The notes under the pieces are model-generated. The model did no database searches. It saw nothing but the letters and a program-made list of their open reading frames with translations, and was not told where the DNA came from. Of a stretch of 64,000 nucleotides of DNA, positions 44,946 to 58,149 are shown piece by piece; within the stretch, counting starts at the first letter, position 1, and every line of letters begins with the position of its first letter. The stretch spans positions 23,312,001-23,376,000 of the forward strand of contig CM022671.1 in assembly GCA_012295275.1 (NCBI GenBank), read 5' to 3'. A program made the translations under genes and the position numbers. The DNA is from Chrysomallon squamiferum. Taxonomy: Eukaryota; Animalia; Mollusca.

Positions 44946-46515
44946 TATGCATTCCTCTGTCTGTACAGCATAAAGACAGTAATTTTAATAGAGGGACAGA
45001 TGACGTCAAAATGTTCTTGGATGATAACGAACAAAGAGTCTAAATTACATTTCAAGTTATTTTATTAATTTGTGACTGGACGTCAGTCTATCAGAATAAT
45101 AAAATGTAACAAACATTTTAAGGATCTTTATTTTTCCATTTTAACGTCAGAAAAAAAAGGAAACTACAAGTTGCAGTGATTTACCAAGTCTATCGACAGT
45201 TCTCAAATTTTTTTAAAACAGAAAGTAGAATACATCAGAATAGCCTAGTCCGTTCCTAGTGAGATTTTTATTTCTGTATACTTTATTAAATATAAAGGCC
45301 GAGTGAAAAAAAATAATAAACATCTGGAAGTATTAAGCTGTCACAAGTTGTATTCGTGTTTCTGATTCTATGGCAAAACTCCAATTAGAGGAATGGTGAC
45401 AAAATATTGGAATTCTTTTACTTGTTTCAATGCTTGTAAATACGTTGTATTTATTTATTTATTTATTTACAGACAATATAAACGAATACTATATATATGT
45501 TAGCATGTATTATGTTTACGACAACCGAATAGGCAAGAAGAAAGACTAAGATTCCAGTTTCGCATTCGTTATTTTTACACGAATAACACAAATTCGTCAG
45601 CACGAAGTCTTCATACCATCACAACACATCAATCTTGTTCTGTCAGCTAACTATCCCCCTCCCCACAAAAACTCAGCAGTTCCATGCGAACGTCAATGCA
45701 AGTTTAAAAAAAGAAGAAGAAAAAGAATCACTGATTAGGCGAAGTCGCTTGAACCCGTATTGTGTTAGTATGTTTGTGAGTTACTAGGTTAGCTCACTGC
45801 ACACCAGCTCCTACAGCCTAATCTGTGAACGACTTCAAGTCAGTTTATTCGCATCACAAAAGCATCGTGTTTTTGTTCAGCACATCTATGAATATTAACC
45901 AGGCGTGATAGTACTGTATCGTTATCTTATTTATTGCATTATTTAATTAAAATACGCCGTAGAGTCGTAGATAAGATAATTAGTAAAGGTTTTATATTTT
46001 TGTTTGTTGTAATAACACTAATTTTATAATCAGTTTAATGGAAAACAGGAAAGAAAAACAAACTTGATTTTTTTTTTTTTTTTTTTTTTTTCCTTTCTCC
46101 GTTGCTCGACAGCTGTTGACAATATTTTTCTGCACCTACGTACATTCTTAAAACAAAGGTCGTTTTCTTCACTAAGGATGTCTAGGGCCCGGAAAAGAAA
46201 CCCAGAGAAATATTTGGAATCAACGAAGCACAAAGATTACAAATGATAACTCTCGATTCCAGCATAAATTGTTGAGGTTCACGGATTTGGCAAGAAAATG
46301 CCAGCAATTTATGGCGAATAACGTCAGCGTTTAGATCCAGAAGTGCAGATATGTAACCGTACATCTTCACGCAGACCAAAGCAAAACAAATAAATCCGTC
46401 GTTTAGTGTGGATATCCATCTTATTAGACATGTCTCTGGCAGAGTGAATCTTTTACTGCGTTTTTTTCCCCCTTAGACTGCTGTGTATGGTGGACATGTG
46501 GGAATTCTGTTGAAT

Positions 46516-46518
<3 letters not shown>

Positions 46519-46604
<86 letters not shown>
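46519..46604. repeat. (CT)n microsatellite
   Basis: Uninterrupted CT units. Confidence 0.96.
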
Positions 46605-46608
<4 letters not shown>

Positions 46609-47814
46609 ATATACAGACATATACGGAAAGAGAGAGAGAGAAAGAGTAAATTCAACAGATATATACATGTATATATTTATTTCGTCTGTTGCATATATTA
46701 ATGCCATAGTTAATTAAAATTAACAACTTTTTTCCCAATAAATTTTATCACTGTTTATGACTTTGATAAAGTGTTGTTGTTTTTTTTGTTTTTTTTCGTT
46801 TTTTTAAATCTTTAACTTGTTTCAGAAAATAATTATTTTAAAACGTTAAAGATAGTTGTTTTACATGTAGGAAGTATCAAAGACTATATAAATTACCACT
46901 GACCTTTAAATGACATGTTTGGGTGGGTTTTTTTTTCGTTATACTAATATGCCTTTTACATTTTATATTTACTGATTTTATTGACTGACACATGATACAG
47001 AAGGACATATTTAGGAAATGAAATGGCTGAAATACTCTGTCTTAAATAAAGCATTGCATTAAATCATATTTGCCTTTCAAAATATATATGTTTGCGTGAA
47101 TGCATAAGTAAAGATAGATACAGATATACATTATATTTTTTTTTTTCTCCATTATATTCCTTACAGCGGTTTAAGAATTTAAACACAGCACTTGCAAAAG
47201 CAAACATCACAAGCTGGCGGAAATAGGATTTCAGCGTGAACGTTTTATTCTCTGCTACGTATGCTTTATAGCACCTGGGCCTGTAACATATTGTTTTTAC
47301 AAGCTTGATATATTACGAAAAATCGACACATCTCAAATTTGGTTTTCCGTATCAAACAGTTAAAATCTATTTGGCGAACGTCCCTTCCAAACATTTTTAT
47401 TTCACTTACGATATGATGTTACAAACTATTGACTGGATCTGGTGCCTTTGGTACACAGCAGCATTTCAAAAGTTCTCGTTTATTTCTTTTCGATATGTCA
47501 GTCTAGTTTTGTCACGTTTTGTCGCCCGTTTTAATTATCTTGGTAACCAGGGATTTGCTTGAAATGAAAATCGATCAAAGGCTGTTTCGTTTAAGGGTTT
47601 TATGTCTGTATGTAATTCAGTCGATTCCAATTTTCAGAAGTTCAGTTCTTTCCTATTTGTGACAGGTTGTTTCAGGCGTTTGACAAGTATGGTAATAATA
47701 CATGTTAATGTAATTTAGAAAAAAAAAAAAAAAATGCTGCCGTATGCAACAACAACAACAACAACATCAATAAAATAACCAAATAAATAAATAATAACAA
47801 AAAGAACAATTTCA

Positions 47815-47878
<64 letters not shown>

Positions 47879-48181
47879 CATTGTTGCTGCAACAATATAA
47901 AAAATAGAATGGCCACTAAAATAGAAACGTGGATGAACAAAATTATCCTGAATAACACTGAAAGAAAAATAATAGAAATGAAAATACTATAAACATCAAT
48001 AAAATAATTAAAATAAATAAGTAACGAAAATAACAGGTAAATAAATTAATTATTTTAGCGAGACTAAAATAATTCAAATTTGATGTAATTAAATAACTAA
48101 TGTTTTTACATTTCAGTTAGCCAATAAAGACATATATCAGTTTAAAAGAAGTATTATTATTATTTTTTTTTTTTTTTTTTT

Positions 48182-48256
<75 letters not shown>

Positions 48257-48697
48257 GATTATTATGTTGGGGGTTTTTTTGTGGGGGAGGGGGTGGGGAT
48301 TAGTTCTATCCCTGACCTAAATTTATTTCCTAAATTTGTGGAAGACAGATATTATTGCCAATTCCTAATGACACAGTAGTCAGTTTTTAAGAACGTACGA
48401 GAGAAAAGAGAGAGAGAGAGGAAAGAAAAAAACCGCTCGCAGTATTCCCATACGTTATTTCCCGTCAAACTCATGTTTCGTTCCGTTCCGACGAGCAACG
48501 GTAACGAGAAACCATATCAAGAGGCTAGTAGGGGTATAGCGTTTCATAATGTTATGGGTTGCTGCATGCGTGGATGTAATTCAGCTCTGAAAACAAGAGC
48601 TATGGTAATTCTGTTCTCAAAACAAGAACAAACTTTTCAGCAACATTCAACATGCATTTGATTCTCAGCCTAACAGTGGAACAAGATCGTCATACAG

Positions 48698-48754
<57 letters not shown>

Positions 48755-48969
48755 GAGATAAAAATGATACAGTTAAAGATAGGAAAAATAAATCAAAAGC
48801 AAATATCAGTATGTATATATCTTGCGATGACTTGAATACCGATAAGATAGTGTCAGAATACTGCAACATTAAAGACGAGAGCACTATCGGATGATGAAAG
48901 ATCACAAGCGTATATTACCACAACGCTTTAAGCAGTAGGGTTATTTTTTTTTTATTTTTTTTATTATTA

Positions 48970-49001
<32 letters not shown>

Positions 49002-49311
49002 ATATACACATATATTTTTTTTCAATTACCCATCCAAAGAATACAGAAGTTTTAGGAGACTATTATTACGTCCCATGTCGTTTAAATGTGATAGATAGTA
49101 GCCAATAACGTTTAAAAATGACAGATATGGCGTGTAACAAATGATATTTCTCCATAAATCGACACTCACACGTAGACGTGTATCCTATCATAATACATAA
49201 ACCTTTCAACAAGTTACCAAATGTGAGCGCTCGTAGACATGTAGGAATCTAAATGCACAATGCGAGTGATTAAATATGTAATGTTACCAGTCTTTAAAAA
49301 AATAAAAAAAA

Positions 49312-49345
<34 letters not shown>

Positions 49346-49557
49346 AAAAAAAAAAAAAAAAACTGTGACAGTCTATAATGCACCTCTGTAATGATTTACT
49401 CAGTCTGTAAGGATTTATTTTTCTTATACATCTATCTTCGAAATGACGTCAAGATTAAAATGTCAGCCTCTGTGCATACCTGTTGGACTGTCATAAATTA
49501 TTATTATCAAAGAGTTGGTTCCTTTGTTGTTCTTCTTTTCTTAATCTTCTTCGACTG

Positions 49558-49607
<50 letters not shown>

Positions 49608-49712
49608 TGATGTTGTTGTTGTTGTTTTTCATTTCATATATACTACTATTTTTCCTACTGCAAATGCTGCTGCTGTTACAACAACTGCCACTTTTATTAT
49701 TATTACTAATAC

Positions 49713-49760
<48 letters not shown>

Positions 49761-52191
49761 TTAAGTAAATATACCTGTTACAAATCCACACACAAACTGT
49801 CAAAGATATCCATTCTAGTAAATCAGTTTTCAAAATTCATTTATTTATTAAACGAAAAGGATATATTTTATCTAAGCCCCTGTCCAAACGAAGCTTTTAG
49901 AATCGAAAACAACATTAATTGTTATATAAATAAATATTTATAGGACTGGGCAATAAACCTATCAGTCAAGCAATAATTTTCTTTCGTAAAACTGTCGCCA
50001 CTGTCAGTTTCATTTTTCAGAATCATTATTTACCATGACAGTTACTGATGATTTTAATAAATAAATGAATATAAATATATATTAGAAATTTTTGTTGTTG
50101 TTGTTTTTAAATTAAAAAAAACTGCATATATATTTTTTATTTTATAATCAATCTTTTTGTTAGCAAACATGTATATACCTGTATATCCTGTATATCCTGT
50201 ATGTGTGCTTATCTTTTTGTATGAATATATATACAAAGACACATGCACATATAAAACATAGTAAACACAGTAAATATACATAAGTTAACATTAGTAACAA
50301 TCCATAAAAGGAGAAAACATTTATTTAAAATCCAAACAAAATTTTAAAGAATGAATACTGAACCATAAAAAAAAAAAAATTAAGAACAAAAAAAAATTTT
50401 TTTAACAATCATCAGTTTGTCAAAACGTTTGCTTTTCACCATGTAATTAGCAACGAAACCAATGACACTAGAATCCTAATTTTTTAATTTTAAAATAAAA
50501 AAAAAAAAAAATTTGACAGACAACTATAAAGAAAAAAAAAAAAAAAGAAAAAAAAAGAAGAAAAACCCAACATAATGACATTCCTGTCTTTTGCAACACT
50601 TCTCAACTATAACACTTTCATCATCACTCGAAGACTGGAGTTCTCACGGAGAGGGAACCTTACACGTTTGGATAAATACACAAAATGTGTTCGACGGCGA
50701 GTTATCAGATAATTTGCTGCTTGGGTTTCACCACAAATATTATGAGAGACACAGAAGAAGGCTCTTTAGGGACCCGGAACACCGCGCTAACGGTTTGTTT
50801 TCACAACTCCGGCCCTCGCTGATCAGCTCGAATTCTTTTAAATGGCCTTGTAGGTTTAAACTAAAGGATTATTCTATTCTGGGGATATGTTCTTATTTAT
50901 TACTATTTAAACTGGTACATATTATATGTACGTTATATATAAACACAGATGGATAGACAGAGAGACAGACAGACTTCTTCTTTTTCTTATTATTATTATT
51001 ATTATTATTACTACTACTACTACTACTACTTCTACTACTATTATTATTACTATGAATATTATTATTAATACTATTATTTTATCATCATCTTTATTGTTAT
51101 TATAGTTCTAACTGTCGTCAATCATCATCGCTTGATTTTCTTTTTATATTCGTACAAAGAAATGTTGACGCACATAATCACGAGTATATTTGCTTGTGCT
51201 TATACAGTTAAGTATTATTACCATCATTACTTCAGACACAGAAATAAGGACAGAAGCAATAGCAATAATAATATTATTATTAAATAAATAAATAAATAAA
51301 TGATGACAATGATGATGGCTATTATGTTCGTAACAATAATTAACATTATTTATATTATTATTTTATTTTATTTGTTTTAATTATATATCATACTACTATT
51401 ACCACTACTACTACTATTAATATTATTTATTGATTGATTGATTTACAATTATGATCATGATCATTATTATTAATATTACTATCACTACTACTACTACTAC
51501 CACTGCTATTAATAATAACAACATTTCCAGCACGACTACTACGACTGCAAAACCGTTGTGTTCAAAAAGCACACGAGGCTGACTGACCAACCAACCTGCC
51601 GACGTATTTTCAGCGGTGGTTGCTGCAGAAAGAAGGGGAAGCGGGATGTAAATAAAACAAAACTCGATACACCATAAACAAAAGAACATCAAAGTGAGCG
51701 AGGCTAGCTGGTCCTTTACAAGTGTAAGGCGATGAAGACAGGCCGGATTCCGCTGTACAGCGCTGCCAAACACATCATAATTCATATCTACAACATTCAG
51801 TCATTTCACTACAGCCATTCCTGACATGTGGGAAGAAAGCGAAAGATTACAAGGGATGGGAGGGAGTTGGGGTGGGTGTTTTATTATACCATCTTTTTTG
51901 TTTTGACTTGTTTAAAAAATGTATATATATATATATATATATATACTGTTTTATAGAAATTGATTTTGTTAGTGGAGTTTTTATTTTTTTATTTTTTTTT
52001 ATTTTTTATTATTTTTTTTTAATTTTTTTTTTCTGAATATATAGGTAAAAAAAAAATTAATTTAAAAAAAAAATTAAATTTATTATAATAATAATAATAA
52101 AAATGAGAAAAAGAAGTAAAAGAAGAAGAATAAGACTATTAAATGAAAAAACTGTTTAAGTGATAATTTTTTAAACAGAAGCAGATGTATT

Positions 52192-52224
<33 letters not shown>

Positions 52225-53108
52225 GTGTTTGTGTGTCTCAGTGTCAGAGAGAGAAATAATTATTTTTCAAAGAACATTTTTGTTTTTATAGAAAGTTTCA
52301 CTGTAAAATTGTCCCATTACTGAAATCATCTAGCCTCCGGATCACATTTATTTATAAACTTCTACGTATGCCTCGTGATGGGATAATATTTTTAAACCTT
52401 TTTGTTTAAGATATATTCTAGTATACTTCTCACTAATTTCTTTAATTTATCAGTTATTTTTAATATTATTATTATTATTATTATTGTTATTTTTTTTTTT
52501 TTTTGTTGTTGTTGTTGTTGTTTTTTTATTTTTATTATTTTTTTTTATTTAATTATAATTTATTTATTTATTGTTGAGAATTTAATGGTTTATGTTGTAT
52601 TGTTATAATAAAAGATGCACAAGCCGTATAACAGTTAATTGCAGTACTTACAATTTGAATATAATCTTATTAACTTCTGTTTTGGACAAAATGTATCTGG
52701 TTTAGCCTTGATTCTTTTGCAGACGAGAAATCTACATAATGCCAAAAGTCGAGTGCTCTGGCAATACAGAACATTATCTATTGTTTTATATAAAATTAAG
52801 TCTGTATATTCATAATAACAGTGAAAATTAAACGCAAACATGTATTATGATAGTTCTCTACTGCTAGTATGTAAATTATTTTTCTTTCACAATTGATTAT
52901 GAGCCTCTTAATACGTTTTCTGATTATAAAATGACCAGAAGGTTTGGAATTAATAAATGGACAATAAAACGGAAGTGTTCTAACTCGTACTTTGTCCGTC
53001 TCTCCGTGACATCGATAACGTGCCAGAATGCGTCAGAAAAATTAATGAAATCATAAAAGTTTTACACTGGATAAATGATGATCAGAAATATAATACAACA
53101 ACAACCAG

Positions 53109-53141
<33 letters not shown>

Positions 53142-53298
53142 AGAAGAAGAAGAAGAAGAAGAAAGAAAGAAAGAAAGAAAGAAAGAGAAAGAGAAGAATA
53201 TTGAAAAAAAGAAGACGAAGAAGACGAAAAAGACGAAGAAGAAAAATATGATGATTATTATGATTATGATGATTATTGTGATAATGATGACGACGACG

Positions 53299-53363
<65 letters not shown>

Positions 53364-53585
53364 TCGCTTTAATTATTTATCATTTTATTGATGTTATTGC
53401 CAACAACATATATGTATATCACAACCCATTTTATATCAGTCGTTATTTTTATTTTAACCTATTACGATTCACCAAACAAACAAAAATAAGTAAACATTAT
53501 ACTGAGCGACATTAATTAATAAAGCCTATTATATTAATCGTTATAGTGAATGAGAGATATACAGCCTATGACAATAGAAATCAAC

Positions 53586-53877
53586 AATGACATTATACTT
53601 TATATCAGTGACGTTATTCAGTAATCAATAATGAAATACTTTATATCAATGACACTATAATTTATATCGATAATGACATTAAACATATAGTTCAGTAATG
53701 ACATTATGGTTTATATCAATAATGACATTAAACTGGTACTTCAGTAATGACATTATGGTTTATATCGATAATGACATTAAACTGGTACTTCAGTAAAGAC
53801 ATTATGGTTTATATCAATAATGACATTAAACTGGTACTTCAGCAAAGACATTGTGGTTTTTGTCAATAATGCCAGTA
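53586..53877. repeat. 49-bp minisatellite (24+25-bp dimeric unit), about 4 good copies plus degenerate flanks
   Basis: Unit taatgacattatggtttatatc(a/g)a + taatgacattaaactggtacttcag. Sub-units start at 53671, 53696, 53720, 53745, 53769, 53794, 53818, 53843 and 53867. Confidence 0.92.
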
Positions 53878-54737
53878 TCCGTTATACTAAACGACCAAAA
53901 TCAGAACCCATTACGGGTTATACTTTATATGACATTTATCGTACGCCGTCATGTTAAAGTGAATGGTAATATGACATGTATATACCAAGTGGTAGACTTT
54001 CGTTCACGGTTATTGAAAATCATAAATCATTGTCTTCAGACACGACAACCAAGCTATCATGTTTTCACCCATAAATTTCGAGTTTTTTGCACACGCTGGT
54101 GACAGTCTGAGAATGGAAATCTACTTACTCTTCTTGGATAAATTACGCATGCAGCGGAAACCGACAAAAACAAGAAAAATAACGATGTGAAAACTGTGTT
54201 TACCGTAACCTCTAACACTTTTCGGGGCTATTTCTCTTTTCTTTTCGATAACTCGTGACAGATAAGGTTCGACAAAAGAGGCATCTTATGAACGTATCAT
54301 TTATTCGAGCGAAAAAGAGGCGTTGATGTTCTTAACATAAATAATGTTTTTATGATGAAGTTTCGTTTGAAAGGAGCCATTATTTTAAGCAGTTTCTGAT
54401 GGAGAAGGTATGCCGCGACGGCTATATTCGGTTTTGGTGTTGAAACACGAGTTCAGCGCACAGGAATAAAAATATCGTAAACTGTATATTACTGCTGTTT
54501 TCTTCATATTCTCTCAAGTCAATACAAAAAGAAGAGAAGAAGAAAAATAGTTACATTTGAGAAAAGGGGTAAAAAAAAAAATGGCATAGATTGTCTTCGA
54601 CAGCTGGAAATAGACAAAGATGTGTATAATTGTTTTGTTGACGGTTTTTTTTTTTTTTTTTTTTTTTTTTGCTAAAATTTTGTTATGTTCACCATCTTGA
54701 ATGCTTGCTTTGTGACTGTTTTAATTATTATTACCTT

Positions 54738-54784
<47 letters not shown>

Positions 54785-55219
54785 GATTATTATTATTATT
54801 ATTATATTCTATTCTAAAAAAAATTATATCTCGTATAACACTAATCATACGTCAAAATACAAACATTAGAATATTTCATTTAAGGTATATAATGGATGTA
54901 AAGAAATTATTAAAAGATAGTTGTTTTTGTCTTTATGGACAAATATAAATTCAATTTAGTTATGTTTTTTTTTTATCTTACTTCTGTTTTTGTTGTTAAA
55001 ATCAGAACTAAGTATATTCCACAACTTTTATTTTAATATATTTTTTATTATTATTATTTGTTGGGTGTTTTTTTTTGGGGGGGGTTATAATTTATTTAAA
55101 ATTTCATTTACTGTTCACTTAAGTAATGGCCAATTAAAAAGTCCACGTAAAAAGATAACATTCATTTAATATTTAAATACAGAATGATATGTATAGATAA
55201 TACCGAAAATGGTGTTGAC

Positions 55220-55405
55220 TATGACAATGACGATGGATACTGATCATGATCACAATGAAAATGATGACAGTTATGATGATGACCATAATGATCAGAACCA
55301 TGATTACGATGATAATGAAGACAATATTGATGATGATGTCGACGACGACGATGACGACGACGACGATGATGATGATGATGATGATGAAGACTATGATGAT
55401 GACTG
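55220..55405. repeat. Degenerate (GAT/GAC)n trinucleotide tract
   Basis: GAT/GAC tandem units that become purer toward the 3' end. Confidence 0.85.
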
Positions 55406-56789
55406 ATAAAATACTGATGGTGGAGATGATAAAACCGATAATGATAATAATGAATTATTGCTCTGTCCTATCTCAGAAGAGTGTGGAATTAAAAACACTG
55501 GGACTGGTGTTATCCTGGAAGATGAACCCAACCGGAGAGTCACAGTTTGTCAGTTTTTGTCAGTTTTCATCTCGAGTTCCAGTCCGTTTCCACGTTCTGT
55601 CACAGTGGTTACACCGACACTGATACAAGCACGATAGCCGTGAAACGTTTATGCAGCAACTGTGTTCAGATTCAGATTAATTTGATATCACAGAAGCGTT
55701 GAGAATGACAAGAACAACAACAAAAAAAATTTAATTTAATTTATTTCACAACTGATGTAATTTAATGTAATAAAACAACGAATTAAATACGGTGTATATA
55801 TCGTCGATGAATGCTTTTTTTTTTTTTTTTTTTAATTTCGACATTTATGATAAAGCTTTAAATTGTTGCGTATTTTAATTTATTTATTTTCTGTTGTTAA
55901 ATTTTATGGCGTTTATTCATAGAAGTTTTAATTTAATTTTTAATATTCAAGTTTAAAACAAGTAGTACGGTTTTCAGCTAACCACACTGACTTTATTAAA
56001 AATTCAGAAATCTAAATTACTGGCCTCGCCAGCCAGCTGAACAACCCACCCACCCCTACAACGCCCGATTCCCTTCAACGTGAAACGTTAAATACGACTA
56101 AAGTATATACACACAAACAAAAGATATTTTCCGAAATTAAGTTAATAACGGTTAAATATAATCGCTGAAAATTGTTCAAAATTGTACGTTTCCTCGAAGG
56201 TTCCTGACATCAGAAACGTGCTTTGTGCGTTGACGATAAAACTGACATCATTATGTCTGAAATCTATAATTTCAAAAAATCCTGGCCGTATCATTATCTA
56301 GCAGCAGACGAGGCCGTTTAGTTACTGTCTTTGAAAACACGCTATCACAGACTTCGAAAAAAGTTCATCCACAATCGAGACAGACTGAGTCTTTGTCTAG
56401 ATGTAGACTTTAAAGAAAGAAAATTTATTCCGGTAGACATCGAGTGCTGAATGTGTTAATTTACAGTGCTTTACTGAAAATTTGACTCACCGGACATTTT
56501 GCGAAAATTACAATTAAAGCTTTTTTTTTTTTCTGGACTAGCTTCATTTTCTAGCTGTAGTCGCGGTTTCGTAAAGATCGTCTATAACAGATAGGTTGAG
56601 TGATGTGTAATACTGACTAATACAAAGATTGTGAAAAGTTTTATTACTTGTAAGTCTGGTTAAATGTGTAGTCACAGAGACTCCATTTTGTAAAGCCAGT
56701 GTGATTTAATCGTTTCTGTTAATCTTTTTTTGTTAAATACTGAATAAATGAAATTTTTAAAATCTCATTTTGAAAGAATTTATCAGTGA

Positions 56790-56828
<39 letters not shown>

Positions 56829-56856
56829 AAGTTATGAAATAAATATCCGTATAATC

Positions 56857-56897
<41 letters not shown>

Positions 56898-58023
56898 GTT
56901 TTGATGAAAATATATTTATAATGACATTATATTATATTATTGTTGTTGTTGTTGCTATTGTTGGTGTTGTTCATGTTACTGGTGTTGTACATTCATACAG
57001 ACGCATACTCACCCACTTAACACCTCTGTCCTCTCTGTATTACCAGAAGTGAACTATTGCATGGTTAGTGACTGATCACGTCGTTTCCACCGCAACAAAT
57101 ACAGTCTGAAGGTGACAGCAAAATGAGCTAATTCTCCGAGCCCGAGATGATGACGCTTTGAAAAATAGAAGCGGGACGTTGATGAGGTCCCAGGGACATT
57201 AGTGAAAGGACTGAACATGCCTGGGTCAGGACCCACCTACATAAAGAAGCTCGGAGATGCCACGTAACGCGTTTTACGTCGACCCGGATTAGCCGTCTGC
57301 TAGATCACATCATAACCCGAACCGAGAAAGAGTAATGAACACGCAAGAGTAACATCAGTAGTGATGACAAGAGCTGATTTTGAAGAAGATACCGATAAAG
57401 AAATGAGAGACATTTCTTATCACGTCTAAGTTATCGAAATAAAAACTAAGAACTTAGCTAATTTGTATATAATTAGATTTACGTGAATTTTTTGTTGTTG
57501 TTATTGTTTTAGCAAAAGAAGATGGCGCTGTAAATGATGTATCAGTTGAATGATGAATCAGTAAAGGGATAAATGATATATTTATATAGAAACTTACGTC
57601 GTCTGTAGATGAATCAGTAATATAAAACACAAAAACAAACAAATAATAATAATTAAAAAAAGATATAATTCAATTTTTACATCAACATAAATACCATCAT
57701 CTCGTCAAGAAGAAGACTGATGATAATGTCAGTGACGTCAATATCGTATTTCAGTAATAACAACCAATATCACTTCCTTCCCCTCTCCCATATAAAGTGT
57801 TAAACTTAATCACAGCAAACAATATCTCTGATTATACGTTTTACAAATACAAAAGCACCGATCCGTATTTTCGGGCTTCCTTTCAGTGACAGTGACTGAC
57901 AGTCGAATTGGAATCGGCGCGCAGTACCGGGTACGGCTGGGAAAAACCGGCCCGGTTCTCATGGGAGATCGGTGTTCTGACCGAGCGCCTTGTCACTGCC
58001 GATGTGTTTCTGCTACAGACAAT

Positions 58024-58149
58024 TAATTGGTATCCATTATTCTTGTACCGCCGACTAGCAGTGCAATTACTTGATTAACCTTTATCCAATTTCAGACAAA
58101 ATTGGGCACGCGGAAACAGCAATAATTTAGTAATGGATAGCTATTAACT
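58024..58149 (+). repeat. Dispersed palindromic non-coding element, copy 2
   Basis: Same orientation and block order as 28589-28707, with an extra ~9 nt (cttgattaa) before acctttatcc. Confidence 0.85.

Noticed and set aside
53671-53877. CRISPR-like repeat/spacer appearance
   Set aside because: The spacers are only 13-14 nt and themselves repeat in alternation, there are no cas genes, and the DNA is eukaryotic. It is a minisatellite.
55209-55406. Asp-rich ORF resembling acidic biomineralisation proteins
   Set aside because: It is a degenerate (GAT/GAC)n microsatellite with no signal peptide or supported exon structure, and comparable trinucleotide tracts occur throughout the window.
58105-58113. 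ggcacgcgg resembling part of miR-124
   Set aside because: The seed and 3' half do not match, and copy 1 differs at this position.
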